This document shows, piece after piece, positions 15,627 to 25,543 of a stretch of 38,460 nucleotides of DNA (positions are counted from its first letter, which is position 1; each line of letters opens with the position of its first letter). The translations under genes were made by a program, and so were the position numbers. Source of the stretch: a virus. Taxonomy: Duplodnaviria > Heunggongvirae > Uroviricota > Caudoviricetes. The notes beneath the pieces are model-generated. The model had not been told where the DNA came from, searched no databases, and saw only the letters and a program-made list of their open reading frames with translations. The stretch is taken from IMG/VR virus record IMGVR_UViG_3300045911_000760. The stretch is one strand, 5' to 3'.

Positions 15627-16393
15627 GGCCCTACGAGGAGCGCCGCGAGGCGCGGGTTGAAGCTCTCCGGCAGAGAGCCTCCAAGAAACGTGCTGAGGCG
15701 CAGGGGAAGATCTCCAGGGCGCGGTCCATTGCGGAGCACATCCCCCTCGGGCAGCCCATCCTGACGGGACACTCGTCCGAGCGTCGTCATCGTGGGGACA
15801 TCGCCAAGATCCGAAGTGGCTTCGAAGGAGGCTACGAAGCGCTGAAGGAGGCTGAGGAACTCGAGCGACGCGCCCGTGCGGCGGAGCGCAACACGGCGAT
15901 CAGCAGTGACGACCCGGAGGCAATCGAGAAGCTCCGGGCGAAGCTCGCCCAGGAGGAAGCCTCTCGCGACGAGATGAAGCGCCTCAACGCGATCCACCGG
16001 AAGGGCGGCTGGGAAGCCGTCGCGACGGAGGTGGGTGTGGAGAAGGCCGCGGATCTGCGCCGCACGGCTCGCTACACGGCCGACGACAAGCCGTTCCCGC
16101 CCTTCGCGCTCACGAATGCCGGGGCGACCATCCGACGCCTGAAGGAGCGCATCGAGCAGTTCGAGAAGGCGCGCGCGGCGGAGCCTGCGCCTGCGGAGCG
16201 AATCGGTAACGCCGTCCTCGAGGAAGAGGACAACCGAACTCGCATCCGCTTCGACGGGAAGCCGGACGCCGCCATGCGGCAGGCACTGAAGTCCTCCGGG
16301 TTCCGGTGGGCTCCAAGCTTGGGTGTCTGGCAGCGCCACGCGAGTGAGCAGGCCCGACATGCCGCCAGGCGGATCCTCGGAGGCGGAACGTGA
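15623..16393 (+). CDS. DUF3560-like protein
   Basis: [18 protein letters not shown]...[12 protein letters not shown]...RIRFDGKPD...[13 protein letters not shown]. Confidence 0.8.
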   Translation: MRPYEERREARVEALRQRASKKRAEAQGKISRARSIAEHIPLGQPILTGHSSERRHRGDIAKIRSGFEGGYEALKEAEELERRARAAERNTAISSDDPEAIEKLRAKLAQEEASRDEMKRLNAIHRKGGWEAVATEVGVEKAADLRRTARYTADDKPFPPFALTNAGATIRRLKERIEQFEKARAAEPAPAERIGNAVLEEEDNRTRIRFDGKPDAAMRQALKSSGFRWAPSLGVWQRHASEQARHAARRILGGGT

Positions 16394-16695
16394 CGCACGT
16401 CTTCACGAGCCGACACGAACTCCTCTCCGAGGTCGTCGTGGAGATCGACTGGGAGAACCCGTGCGACAGCCGCGACCCACTGGACTGGGTGTGGGGCGAG
16501 ATCCGGGCGTACGTCTGCGGCGAGCAGGTGGAGCTGTCCGGTACGGGCCTCGGGGCTCTCCTCGACGCCTACCACGAGCGCGAGGGAGACGGAGCTCTGG
16601 GGTTCAGGGACGAGATGGTCCGCCAACTCGAGGACGCTCGGACCATCCGGCTGGAGGAGCGCGCCGAAGCGCGTCTGGAGGCGTGGCCATGCTGA
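16390..16695 (+). CDS. Hypothetical phage protein
   Basis: 101 aa acidic ORF, GTGA coupled. Confidence 0.6.
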   Translation: MTHVFTSRHELLSEVVVEIDWENPCDSRDPLDWVWGEIRAYVCGEQVELSGTGLGALLDAYHEREGDGALGFRDEMVRQLEDARTIRLEERAEARLEAWPC

Positions 16696-16994
16696 GCGGG
16701 CAGGGGGTGCAGATGGTTGGGCAAGGGAACTCGCCGGTCGACGCGGTCGACTCCGCATTGGCGCGCACGCGGGACCAGGTGTGTGAACTCGAGGGGAAGC
16801 TGAAGAAGGTGCTCGCCGCCGGCGAGGCCGCTGTAGCGGCACACAGGGCGGGGGAAGTCGCGCTGTGTCGCTGGCATCTCGCAGAGCTGACGGTGCTGTC
16901 TCGCTCGGTCACGGGGAACGGGCGTCTCGCCATTGAGCTTACCGAGGCCCTCATCGAGGCCTCTCAACCACTCATCAGAAAGGAAACGTCATGA
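16689..16994 (+). CDS. Hypothetical coiled-coil protein
   Basis: ATG at 16689 overlaps the upstream gene end. Confidence 0.5.
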   Translation: MLSGQGVQMVGQGNSPVDAVDSALARTRDQVCELEGKLKKVLAAGEAAVAAHRAGEVALCRWHLAELTVLSRSVTGNGRLAIELTEALIEASQPLIRKETS

Positions 16995-17164
16995 AAGAGG
17001 AGATCGTCATCACCCGGACGGTGACCGAAGAGTTCCGGATGGTCGTGCGCAAGTGCGAACCGAGTAGCTACCCGCCCGAGCGGGTTCTGGACACGGAAGG
17101 CGTGGAGCTCCCGGAGCCCGCCTCGCGCCCGAGCAACGTGATCCCGCTGCGCAGGGCTGGCTGA
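16991..17164 (+). CDS. Small hypothetical protein (57 aa)
   Basis: AAGGA RBS, ATGA overlap; MKEEIVITRT...NVIPLRRAG. Confidence 0.55.
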   Translation: MKEEIVITRTVTEEFRMVVRKCEPSSYPPERVLDTEGVELPEPASRPSNVIPLRRAG

Positions 17165-17326
17165 GGTGCTGTTCGTCGATTCTGAGGAGCCGCGGCGCGC
17201 CTACACGCGCTGGTTCGGTCTCAACGTGGCCCACCAGCTCAGGGGTGGGGCGACCGTGGGGGAGCTCACCGAGACCTGGGCGGACATGTTCGAACTGGAG
17301 CCGGAAGGCGTCGCTTGAGGAGTGTC

Positions 17327-18298
17327 ATGGAGCAGGAATTGGTAGAGGTCGAGGTTCACGAGGCCATCCCTGACGGGCAGAGCATCGAACTGTTCGACCC
17401 CGTGCGCTTCGAGATCACGGTCGACCAGATCGAGGCGAAGCGCGCCGAGTACGCTGCCCTGAGCGCAGAAACTCCGACCGGCTACGAACTGGTCCGCCGT
17501 GCCCTCGCGGACTGTCGGGGCATGCGCACCGGGATTGAGAAGCGCAGAAAGGACCTGTCCGCTTCCCCGCTCGCCTACCTGCGACAGCTCAACGACACGG
17601 CGAAGAAGCTGACGGAGCTCATCGAGAGTTTCGAAGCGCCGCTCAAGGCGAAGAAGTCCGCGGTGGACGAGGAGAAGGCTCGTCTGAAGCGGGAGAAGGA
17701 AGAGGCTGAGCGCAAGCGACTCGAAGAACAGGTCCGCCAGCAGCGTGAAGCTGAAGAGGCGAGACTCCGCGCCGAGCGCGAGGCGGAAGCTCAGCGCATT
17801 GCAGAAGAACGCGCCGCCCTGGAGGCGGAGCGGAAGCGACTCGACGAGGAGCGCGCGCGCGAGGCGGAAGCTCGCCGGGTCGAGCAGGAGCGCGCCGAAG
17901 CCGAGCGCCAGGCCGCAGAGGCAAAGCTCGCCGAGGAGCGCGAGCGCCTCAAAGCTCAGTTCGCCGAGGACCGTGCGCGGCTCGAGCGCGAGCGCCAAGA
18001 GTTCGAGGCGGAGCGCCAGAAGGCCGCCAAGGAAGAGGCAGAGCGCCAGGCCAAGATCCGTGCCGAGGAAGAGGCCAAGGCGCAGGCGGAGCGCGAACGG
18101 GTCGAGGCTGAGGAGCGAGCTCGCCGACGCGAGGAGATGCGACCGGACATCGAGAAGATCGAGCAGTACCGGCGGAGCATCTGGGCGCTCGCCGAAGACG
18201 CGCCGCAGGTCACCTCGACCGAGGCGCAAGAGGCTGTCTCGCGTGCCGTGGAAGCCCTGCGTCGCGAAGCCACGAACCTGGAGGGCTTCGGGTCGTGA
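17327..18298 (+). CDS. Long coiled-coil phage protein
   Basis: GAGGAG RBS; RTGIEKRRKDL...IESFEAPLKAKK followed by E/R/A heptads. Confidence 0.75.
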   Translation: MEQELVEVEVHEAIPDGQSIELFDPVRFEITVDQIEAKRAEYAALSAETPTGYELVRRALADCRGMRTGIEKRRKDLSASPLAYLRQLNDTAKKLTELIESFEAPLKAKKSAVDEEKARLKREKEEAERKRLEEQVRQQREAEEARLRAEREAEAQRIAEERAALEAERKRLDEERAREAEARRVEQERAEAERQAAEAKLAEERERLKAQFAEDRARLERERQEFEAERQKAAKEEAERQAKIRAEEEAKAQAERERVEAEERARRREEMRPDIEKIEQYRRSIWALAEDAPQVTSTEAQEAVSRAVEALRREATNLEGFGS

Positions 18299-19428
18299 AC
18301 GCCCCCGTCGTCCCCCTTCGGAGTATCCGGTGCAGTTCGCTGCCCCTGGCGAAGCTCTGCGCCGCGTCTCAGCAGCCCGTGAAGCTCAGGATCCGCGAGC
18401 GCCACGAGGGCGCCGATGCCGGAACCGCGGCCCACGAGTGCCTCGAGGACCTGCCGCGCATCGGCGTGGTGAACTGGGACAAGGTCGGCCTGGTCGCGAA
18501 GAAGCACGGCGTCGACGAGAACGACATCCGAGTGCTCTGCGCGCTGGGGACGCGGCTATGGCGGCAGGTGTCGTGGATGTTCCAGAACGCCAGGGCCGAG
18601 GTGGCTCTGCAGAGCGAGGTCGCACCGGGGCTCTTCCTAACCGGTCACGCCGATGGGCTGGACGTCCCGATCGATCAGGGGACCACGGCGCGCGGCTACG
18701 ACTGGAAAACGGGATTCCTCGACGGGGACTACCGCGAGCAGGCGCTCGGCTACTGCGCCCTGACCCTGCTCAAGTACCCGCACCTAACCGAGTGCACGCT
18801 CACGATCTTGTGGGTGCGTGACTGCGAGGCGGAGCACGTCTCGATGACGCGGATGGAGCTCGCCGACTGGCTCCGAAGGACGGTCCAGCCGATCTTCGAG
18901 TGGGACGGCGCCTACCAGGCTGGGAAGCACTGCAAGCACTGCCCGCGCAACCACGAGTGCGAAGCGGGGATCGCCCGTCTGAGGCGCGACGCGGCGATCA
19001 TCGCCGACCGCAGCATGGTCGCCCGCGCCGAGTCCGAGCTCGAGCACATGCCTCCGGAGGAGATCGTCAGCCTCCTGGAGAAGGCCGACACCGTCGTGGC
19101 CTTTGCCCAGAGGATCCGTGAGGCGGTGAAGCTCCACGTGATGACCCGTGGGGACGTTGTTGGCGGTGGCTACCGGCTGACCCTGCAGCAGTCCGAGCGT
19201 CGGGTGATCGATACGGAGGCGGCCTGGCCCGTGCTCGAGAGGTCGCTCGAGCCGGAGGAACTGGCGAGCGTCGTCGAGGTTCGCATCTCCAGGGCGGAGG
19301 AGATCGTCAAGAAGAAGGCAGGGCGAGGCAACGGCGCCTCGGCGATCCGAATGCTGCAGGCGGAGCTCCAAGAGGCCGGAGCCATCCAGAAGAAGACCGA
19401 CGACCGGCTCGTGGTGCGGCGCGCCTGA
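18295..19428 (+). CDS. PD-(D/E)XK exonuclease (DUF2800/Cas4-like)
   Basis: GTAAHECLE...TGHAD...YDWKTG...QALGY...CKHCPRNHEC. Confidence 0.8.
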   Translation: MNAPVVPLRSIRCSSLPLAKLCAASQQPVKLRIRERHEGADAGTAAHECLEDLPRIGVVNWDKVGLVAKKHGVDENDIRVLCALGTRLWRQVSWMFQNARAEVALQSEVAPGLFLTGHADGLDVPIDQGTTARGYDWKTGFLDGDYREQALGYCALTLLKYPHLTECTLTILWVRDCEAEHVSMTRMELADWLRRTVQPIFEWDGAYQAGKHCKHCPRNHECEAGIARLRRDAAIIADRSMVARAESELEHMPPEEIVSLLEKADTVVAFAQRIREAVKLHVMTRGDVVGGGYRLTLQQSERRVIDTEAAWPVLERSLEPEELASVVEVRISRAEEIVKKKAGRGNGASAIRMLQAELQEAGAIQKKTDDRLVVRRA

Positions 19429-19444
19429 GCCTCGAAAGGGAAGC

Positions 19445-20209
19445 ATGTTCGACGAACAGCAGCATGAACTCGCAATCGAGCAGAAGATGCTCGAACTCGA
19501 GAAGGTACTCGCCTCCTGCCGATTGGAGGACGTCGCTCAGCTGAGCGAGGTGCAGCAGGCCTTCAGGATCGGTCGCTGGGTGGATCGGCTCGCCCGGGTG
19601 CTCTCCGACGACGTCGTTCAAGCGGTGTTGATGCCGCTCCAGGGCTCCGCTCTGGGGTTCCGGACCGACAAGGACCGGCAAGGCGGCTACCCGCTGGAGA
19701 TCGTCCGAGAGTGCGCCATCGAGGCGCTCATCCGTGGGTTCCGCATCGCCGGGAACGAGTTCAACATCATCGACCGGCGCTTCTACGCGACGAAGAGCGG
19801 ACTCGAGCGGAAGGTAGCCGAGTTCCCAGGTCTCAGCTCCTTGGAGCTCAAGCCGGGGACGCCGCAGGTGGACGGAAACATCGCGCACGTCCCGTACCGG
19901 GCCGACTGGCTACTCAACGGCTCGCCGATGAGCATCGTCTGCGACCAAGTCTTTTCCCCGGACGGGAGCCGCCTGGTCGAGGACAAGCGCCTCCAAGTCC
20001 CAGCGCAGAAGGGGCTCGGCGTCGACGCTGTGGTCGGGAAGGCCACGCGCAAGATGCTCGCGAAGATCTACCGCGAGCTGATCGGGGCGAAGCTGGGGCT
20101 CGAGGACGGGGACATCGACGATACCCGCGGGCTCGACGTCTCCAGTGAGAACCGAGCTCCAGCCTCCGGCAACCGCGCCCCCGTTCGTCTTCGGGGAGGT
20201 CACCAGTGA
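19445..20209 (+). CDS. Hypothetical protein, candidate ssDNA-annealing recombinase
   Basis: Position between exonuclease and ssb; GNEFNIIDRRFYATKSG segment. Function inferred from synteny only. Confidence 0.4.
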   Translation: MFDEQQHELAIEQKMLELEKVLASCRLEDVAQLSEVQQAFRIGRWVDRLARVLSDDVVQAVLMPLQGSALGFRTDKDRQGGYPLEIVRECAIEALIRGFRIAGNEFNIIDRRFYATKSGLERKVAEFPGLSSLELKPGTPQVDGNIAHVPYRADWLLNGSPMSIVCDQVFSPDGSRLVEDKRLQVPAQKGLGVDAVVGKATRKMLAKIYRELIGAKLGLEDGDIDDTRGLDVSSENRAPASGNRAPVRLRGGHQ

Positions 20210-20550
20210 TGTCGTTTGGCGCCAAGATGGCCACGGCGCACTCGCGCGACGCGAAGATCCGGCGCGCACAAGGGTGCTTCGACACCGCGGTCATGCACGA
20301 GGAGCAGGCCTACCGGTACCTCACGACGGGGAGCCACGTGGAGCTGCGCGGCGTTGTGCTCTCCGAGGACGAGCAGTTCCTGACCTCGCGGTTCGATTGT
20401 GTGGCTTGGGACAAGTTCAACGACGCAGGACGTCGCCCGGAGTGGCCGAGGCCGTTCGGTCCGCGGCGTGAAGGTTCGTCGTCTTGCGAGTCGGGTTCGA
20501 TCGCGAGCGGCGGGGAGCGTGCGTACTGCACGTGTGATCGTTGTTGGTGA
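20206..20550 (+). CDS. Hypothetical phage protein
   Basis: GTGATG overlap with the upstream stop. Confidence 0.45.
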   Translation: MMSFGAKMATAHSRDAKIRRAQGCFDTAVMHEEQAYRYLTTGSHVELRGVVLSEDEQFLTSRFDCVAWDKFNDAGRRPEWPRPFGPRREGSSSCESGSIASGGERAYCTCDRCW

Positions 20551-20555
20551 GAAGG

Positions 20556-21134
20556 ATGAGTCCCGACGTCACCTTCATGCAGATCCCGGGGTACCCGGAC
20601 TACGTCGCCGGGTCAGACGGGGAAGTCTACTCCCTGAAGTACGGTCGCCGCAGGAGACTCCTTGGTTGGCTGAACAGCCATGGGTACCGCGTGGTAGCGG
20701 TGCGCGGCGGGGAGCGGCGACGCCTGCTCGTGCATAAGGCGGTTGCACTTGCGTTTCACGGGCAGCCCACAGGCGATCTCGTGATTCGCCACATCGACGG
20801 CAACCATCTGAACAACGTGCCCGGCAACCTCGCCTGGGGGACCCGTAGCGAGAACGCCCAAGACGCCATCAAGCACGGAACCCACGTCGCTCTGCAGCCG
20901 TGGAAGATGGCCCGAGGGGAGCGTCACGGGTCACGTACGAAGCCGGAACGTGTCCCGCGTGGGGAACGCAGTGGCAGTGCGAAAATCACCAACACGCATG
21001 TCGTCGCGATCCGCGCGATGGTCGATCTCGGGTTCACGATCTCCCACATTTCCAGGTCCCTCGCGGTGCCTCGCGGCGCCGTCAAGTGCGTCGTCCAGGG
21101 AAAGACCTGGCGACATCTACAGGAAGCATCATGA
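20556..21134 (+). CDS. NUMOD4-HNH homing endonuclease
   Basis: IPGYPDYVAGSDGEVYS...VHKAVALAF...RHIDGNHLNNVPGNLAWGT. Confidence 0.88.
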   Translation: MSPDVTFMQIPGYPDYVAGSDGEVYSLKYGRRRRLLGWLNSHGYRVVAVRGGERRRLLVHKAVALAFHGQPTGDLVIRHIDGNHLNNVPGNLAWGTRSENAQDAIKHGTHVALQPWKMARGERHGSRTKPERVPRGERSGSAKITNTHVVAIRAMVDLGFTISHISRSLAVPRGAVKCVVQGKTWRHLQEAS

Positions 21135-21583
21135 GCCAAGGTTTGAACAGAGTAACCCTGCTCGGGAACCTAGGATCCGATCCGGATTCGCGAGTTACAG
21201 CTGGCGGGACCACGGTGTTGAAGCTCCGCCTAGCAACAAGTGAGACGTTCCTCGACCGCAACCGGCAGAAGCAGGAGAGAACCGAGTGGCACAACGTCGT
21301 CATTTTCGGCCGCCGCGCTGAAGCTCTGGGGAAGTTCCTCGGCAAGGGCGACCGCATCCTCATCGAGGGGAGCCTCCGCACGACGAGCTACGAGGACCGC
21401 GAGGGGGTGAAGAGGTACCGGACGGAGATCATCGCGAACAACGTCGTCCTGTCGGGTGGCGGGCGCGGCGGAAGCGGCGGAGGCGGTCGTGGCGACGACG
21501 ACGGCGGCTCCCGCACGAGCGGGGGCGGGTACGACGACGCCGACTACGGCGCCGGCGGAGATGACGACGACATCCCGTTCTGA
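21131..21583 (+). CDS. ssb: Single-stranded DNA-binding protein
   Basis: LNRVTLLGNLGSDP...TEWHNVV...IEGSLRT; Gly-rich linker; DDDDIPF tail. Confidence 0.96.
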   Translation: MSQGLNRVTLLGNLGSDPDSRVTAGGTTVLKLRLATSETFLDRNRQKQERTEWHNVVIFGRRAEALGKFLGKGDRILIEGSLRTTSYEDREGVKRYRTEIIANNVVLSGGGRGGSGGGGRGDDDGGSRTSGGGYDDADYGAGGDDDDIPF

Positions 21584-21594
21584 GGTGACGCTCG

Positions 21595-22023
21595 ATGAAG
21601 ACACTACCGACTGACGAGCTGGTCGCCCGCCTTCGCGATAGGCGCAAACGGGCGGCGAGAACCTCACCTGGGCCCGACACCATCGGCAAGCAGGTGCTCA
21701 CTGGACAGATCGATTCCGCGATGAAGGCAGCCCTCAACCGGGAGTACCTGCGCGGACGGACGGATGCGCTCGATGAGGTGATCCGGATGCTGACGGAGAA
21801 GCCGGAGCCTGGCCCCACGCCCATGACCGACGAAGAGCTTTTGGCCTACGCGGACATCCACTGCGAAACCGAACGGGCTCTGTTTTCGGTCGACCACATC
21901 CGGAGGCTGTTTGCGCTCGCTGGCAAGCCGGAGCCGGAGATCCCGACCACTGGGTTCCTGGCCTGCAAACAGGACGTCATACACCCGCTGACGAAAGCCG
22001 CACGCGAGAGGCTGAGCGCATGA
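21595..22023 (+). CDS. Hypothetical phage protein
   Basis: 142-aa ORF in operon, GAGG RBS. Confidence 0.6.
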   Translation: MKTLPTDELVARLRDRRKRAARTSPGPDTIGKQVLTGQIDSAMKAALNREYLRGRTDALDEVIRMLTEKPEPGPTPMTDEELLAYADIHCETERALFSVDHIRRLFALAGKPEPEIPTTGFLACKQDVIHPLTKAARERLSA

Positions 22024-23366
22024 CCGTCGCCAACCATTCCGAAAGCTGCGGCCGCTGCCATCAGCCGGAGTGCACCTGTCCCGACGGAGCCCCCGCGCCC
22101 GACGCGTTGGAGCACATCGCCAAACTGCGCCTGTGGACCGCTAGCGAGCTGGACGGACAAGGCGGGCACGTGGTGTACCTCGACCGGTTGCCAATCGCGG
22201 AACTGGACGCGCTCGAGGCCACTCTCCTCGCCGAACGCCAGCGCCACGCGGAGGAGCGCGCAAAGTGGGAGGCAGGTCTCTCCGATTTCGCGCGACGTTC
22301 CGAGCGAGACCTCCAGACGCTCCGCGAGCAGCTACGGCACATGACGGAGGAACGCGACCGCACGCTACGCACGGAGTCCAGGATGGAGCTTGCTCGCAAC
22401 TCGGCCCAGGCTACCAGCGTTCGCTGGGAGAGCGCTTTTCACGATGTGAAGCGCGAACGAGACGGGGCAAAGGCCGAGGCGGCAGAGCTCCGCGACCAGC
22501 TCCAGCGCGTGGAGGGGGAGAGGGATGAGGCGCGGGCGCAGCTGAAAAACCTCGTAGAGAACAGCGCCTCTTCGCGCGCGGTGGAGCGAGCCGAGCTGTT
22601 GTCCCTCGAACTCACCGCCAGCCGCGCCGCCGACCCGGATGACCTTCGCGCTCTCGGCTGGGCCGTCGCCGTACACAACGACTATCGGCTGAACGGTGAG
22701 CCGCACACGTTTTGGTTGATGACGCGCGATGGACGGGCCGTGAAGGGCGAGGGGCGCACCGATGCCGAGGCACTGGGCCAGGTGCGCAAGCAAGTTGGGT
22801 TGCCGTCGCCCCATTCTCCCGACGGCCGGAAGGTGGATGGGCCAGGCCCACTCTCAGACGATGGCGTGTGCCCGTTCTGCAATTGCTACGCGGACGCGGA
22901 CACACCCCACGCCTGGCGCGACTGTGCGCGCGACTTGCGCGAGGTCAAGCAGGGCTTGCAGGAGCGCACTGACCGCCTGGAGCGCGACTACGCGGCCGCC
23001 AATTCCAGGCTACGAGAAGCTTTCTCCGCGTTTCGCCTGAAGGTCTCTGAGGCGCTGGGGTGCACGAAGCTAGTGCACGGAGTTACGCCTGAGCCGTTCA
23101 CGGTCCCGGCGGACGACCAGGTCGTTCTGGAGACCATTCGCACCATCGAATCCCGCTCCACCTGGCGCTCCATCACCCAGGTCCCGACGGAGGAGGAGCA
23201 TGCGTGGTGTGGGGGTGAGTACGCCGTGCGTCGCGTCGCGTGGCTCGGCGGTGGGCGGCAACTCGTGCGCGTGCGCAACCTGGGCGACTGGGGCGCACTG
23301 CTCGGTGAACAGTACGACGAATGGCTCCCCATCCCGCCCTCAGCGGGAGGAAGTGAGGACGGGTGA
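22020..23366 (+). CDS. Mosaic coiled-coil phage protein
   Basis: Cys motifs, coiled coil, LGWAVAVHNDYRLNGEPHTFWL segment; ATGA coupled. Confidence 0.65.
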   Translation: MTVANHSESCGRCHQPECTCPDGAPAPDALEHIAKLRLWTASELDGQGGHVVYLDRLPIAELDALEATLLAERQRHAEERAKWEAGLSDFARRSERDLQTLREQLRHMTEERDRTLRTESRMELARNSAQATSVRWESAFHDVKRERDGAKAEAAELRDQLQRVEGERDEARAQLKNLVENSASSRAVERAELLSLELTASRAADPDDLRALGWAVAVHNDYRLNGEPHTFWLMTRDGRAVKGEGRTDAEALGQVRKQVGLPSPHSPDGRKVDGPGPLSDDGVCPFCNCYADADTPHAWRDCARDLREVKQGLQERTDRLERDYAAANSRLREAFSAFRLKVSEALGCTKLVHGVTPEPFTVPADDQVVLETIRTIESRSTWRSITQVPTEEEHAWCGGEYAVRRVAWLGGGRQLVRVRNLGDWGALLGEQYDEWLPIPPSAGGSEDG

Positions 23367-23698
23367 AGTTCAGAACGACAGAACGAGGTTTCGCGATCGC
23401 CGAGTTCACCGACCTCTACGGCGCCGAGTGTTCGCTACAGAAGTCGAGCTTGGCCACGGAGGATGCCATCTGGTTCGGGGTCACTGAGCCGGAAGTTAGC
23501 GAGACCGGATGGCGCCCCGACTGGCCAGCGCGCGCTCGCCCTGTCTCAGCGGAACGGCTCAAGGCGCTCAACTTCGACGTGTTCGGCCGCATGCACCTGA
23601 CCCAGGACATGGTGCGTGAACTGCTGCCTGCGCTGCAGCACTTCGCCGAGACGGGTGAACTGCCCGCCCCATCGACAGAGGGAGGCGAGGGTGGCTGA
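23363..23698 (+). CDS. Conserved phage hypothetical protein
   Basis: RGFAIAEFTDLYGAECSLQKSSLATEDAIWFG...RMHLTQDMV. Confidence 0.7.
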   Translation: MKFRTTERGFAIAEFTDLYGAECSLQKSSLATEDAIWFGVTEPEVSETGWRPDWPARARPVSAERLKALNFDVFGRMHLTQDMVRELLPALQHFAETGELPAPSTEGGEGG

Positions 23699-24104
23699 CT
23701 TGAAACTGGCGCGTCTATCAATCGACCACGGTGTGCGACTCTGGACCGCAATCGACCGCTACACCGTGAGCTGCGGAGGAGAGCCCGACAAGCACATCTA
23801 CGGCAACACGCCGAGGATGAGCGCCGTTGCGGAGGTGGAAGCGGTCGTTGCTGAAGCCATGGCGAGCGGCGATACCTCCTCCCCCTGGCTCCCCATCGCC
23901 GAGTGCGCGGAGTTGGAGGAGGGAGAGTATTTGGTTGCCTACGCGAAAGGCCGAGGCAGCCCCGCGCATCGCCGAGTCGTCTACTGGACTGGTAGCGAGT
24001 GGTGGGCGGGCAAGGAGTCACGGGTGCCGCTGTCCGCTCCGCAGTTCATCCACCGCATGGGCGCCATCCCCGGGCCGGCGCGCGGCGGAAAGGACGGTGG
24101 CTGA
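23691..24104 (+). CDS. Hypothetical protein with DUF551-like C-terminus
   Basis: WLPIAEC...YLVAY...VVYW pattern; GTG after GGAGG. Confidence 0.5.
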   Translation: MADLKLARLSIDHGVRLWTAIDRYTVSCGGEPDKHIYGNTPRMSAVAEVEAVVAEAMASGDTSSPWLPIAECAELEEGEYLVAYAKGRGSPAHRRVVYWTGSEWWAGKESRVPLSAPQFIHRMGAIPGPARGGKDGG

Positions 24105-24574
24105 TGGGCATGTTCGACATGCTGCGGATCGCAGTTCCCGACGGCCACGTCCCTGCCGATGGGCTGTGGCAGACGAAGGACTTCGATTGCGACTTGGACG
24201 TCTACGAGGTCCGCGACGGGAAGCTGTGGGTGACTCTGTATGAGTCGGGTGAGAGCCACTCGGTGAACCACACCGGCGTCATCAACTTCTACGACTACAT
24301 CCACGGGACTGGGCTGCTCGAGTGGTACGCGGAGTTCCGCGACGGCGAACTGGTCGAGGTGCGAAAGAGAGAAAGTCGCGCAAGCCACGACTGCCTCACC
24401 GTTCACAGTGCGTGCTCTGGATGTCTCCACTACTGGGAGCGTCGAGGCATCTGCGCGCTCTCCCCCGACCTGAGTGCCGACCGCGTCTGGACGATCAAGG
24501 GCCCGCCGCCCGTCCGTGTCGAGTGCAGCGCCAAGGTCCCGAACGATGTCGACCCTGTCTCGGAGGTCGAATGA
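24104..24574 (+). CDS. Conserved phage hypothetical protein
   Basis: MGMFD...WQTKDFDCDLDVY...FYDY motif; TGATG overlap. Confidence 0.65.
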   Translation: MGMFDMLRIAVPDGHVPADGLWQTKDFDCDLDVYEVRDGKLWVTLYESGESHSVNHTGVINFYDYIHGTGLLEWYAEFRDGELVEVRKRESRASHDCLTVHSACSGCLHYWERRGICALSPDLSADRVWTIKGPPPVRVECSAKVPNDVDPVSEVE

Positions 24575-25260
24575 AGCCCGGCAAGCTCATCGTCCTCGAG
24601 GGAATCGACGGGGCAGGGACCACCACCCAGCAACGTTTTCTCGACACCGCTCTCAGCTACCGCGGGCTCGACGTAGAGGTGACGCGCGAGCCCACGTTTG
24701 GGCCCATCGGGAACCTGCTCCGCGACGTGATGGGGCGGCGCATGCGGGCCTTCGGGGCCGAGGCAATGGCTCTCCTGTTCGCCGCGGACCGCCTCGACCA
24801 CCTCGCCCGTGAGGTGGAGCCGGCGCTCGCCCGTGGCGCGGTGGTCATCTGCGACCGCTACGACCTCTCGACGCTGACGTACCAGGCGGCGACGCACCCC
24901 GATGGCGAGGCGATCGTCCCGTGGCTACGGGCCATCAACTCTCGGGCGAGGCGCCCCGACCTGACGATCGTGGTCGACGTTGCGCCGGAGGTGGCCGCCG
25001 AGCGGCGCGCGGCTCGCGGTGGACCCGCGGAGCTCTTCGAGCAGACCGAGCTCCAGGCGCGGCTCGCCAGGCTCTACGCGCGGGCGGAACTGCTCTCGCC
25101 CGGCGACCGCATCGTCCACGTCAACGGGGATCGCTCCGAGCAGGAGGTGGCCGCAGACGTGCTCCGGGTCGCCCTGTTCTTCTGCATCGAGGGGCGCGCC
25201 GAGGAGAGCGCCGCGCCGCAGTGCCCTCCGGAGTTCTTCGTGAGTGAGGACCATCTCTGA
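24571..25260 (+). CDS. tmk: Thymidylate (dTMP) kinase
   Basis: LIVLEGIDGAGTTTQ, TREP, ALLFAADR, ICDRY, PDLTIVVDV. Confidence 0.92.
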   Translation: MKPGKLIVLEGIDGAGTTTQQRFLDTALSYRGLDVEVTREPTFGPIGNLLRDVMGRRMRAFGAEAMALLFAADRLDHLAREVEPALARGAVVICDRYDLSTLTYQAATHPDGEAIVPWLRAINSRARRPDLTIVVDVAPEVAAERRAARGGPAELFEQTELQARLARLYARAELLSPGDRIVHVNGDRSEQEVAADVLRVALFFCIEGRAEESAAPQCPPEFFVSEDHL

Positions 25261-25520
25261 TGCCAGCTGGAAAACCATACGAGTGGCGCCCGGTTCCGGG
25301 CTTCGAGGGCTACGAGGTCCGACGTGACGGGCAGGTGAGAACCTGGCTGCAGCCGGGTCCCGGCATGCGCCGCGCGAAGCGCCCGCGGGACAAGAAGCCG
25401 GTGCGCGGGCGTGACGGGAGGCTCCACGTGCAACTCCGGAGCGCCCAGGGCTGGGAGACAAGGGCCGTCGAGGAACTCGTGGCGGCGGCGTGGGCGCAGG
25501 AAGAGCGGAGGAGCGCGTGA
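25260..25520 (+). CDS. NUMOD4-only protein (no HNH domain)
   Basis: EWRPVPGFEGYEVRRDGQVRT; ends before any HNH motif. Confidence 0.65.
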   Translation: MPAGKPYEWRPVPGFEGYEVRRDGQVRTWLQPGPGMRRAKRPRDKKPVRGRDGRLHVQLRSAQGWETRAVEELVAAAWAQEERRSA

Positions 25521-25543
25521 CCTGCGCGTAAGGGAGATGCCGA

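Noticed and set aside
17166-17318. 50-codon ORF between operon genes
   Set aside because: Plausible, but there is no recognisable motif; not listed as a feature.
17201-18229. 342-aa Leu-rich minus-strand ORF
   Set aside because: Antisense shadow of the E/R/A coiled-coil gene.
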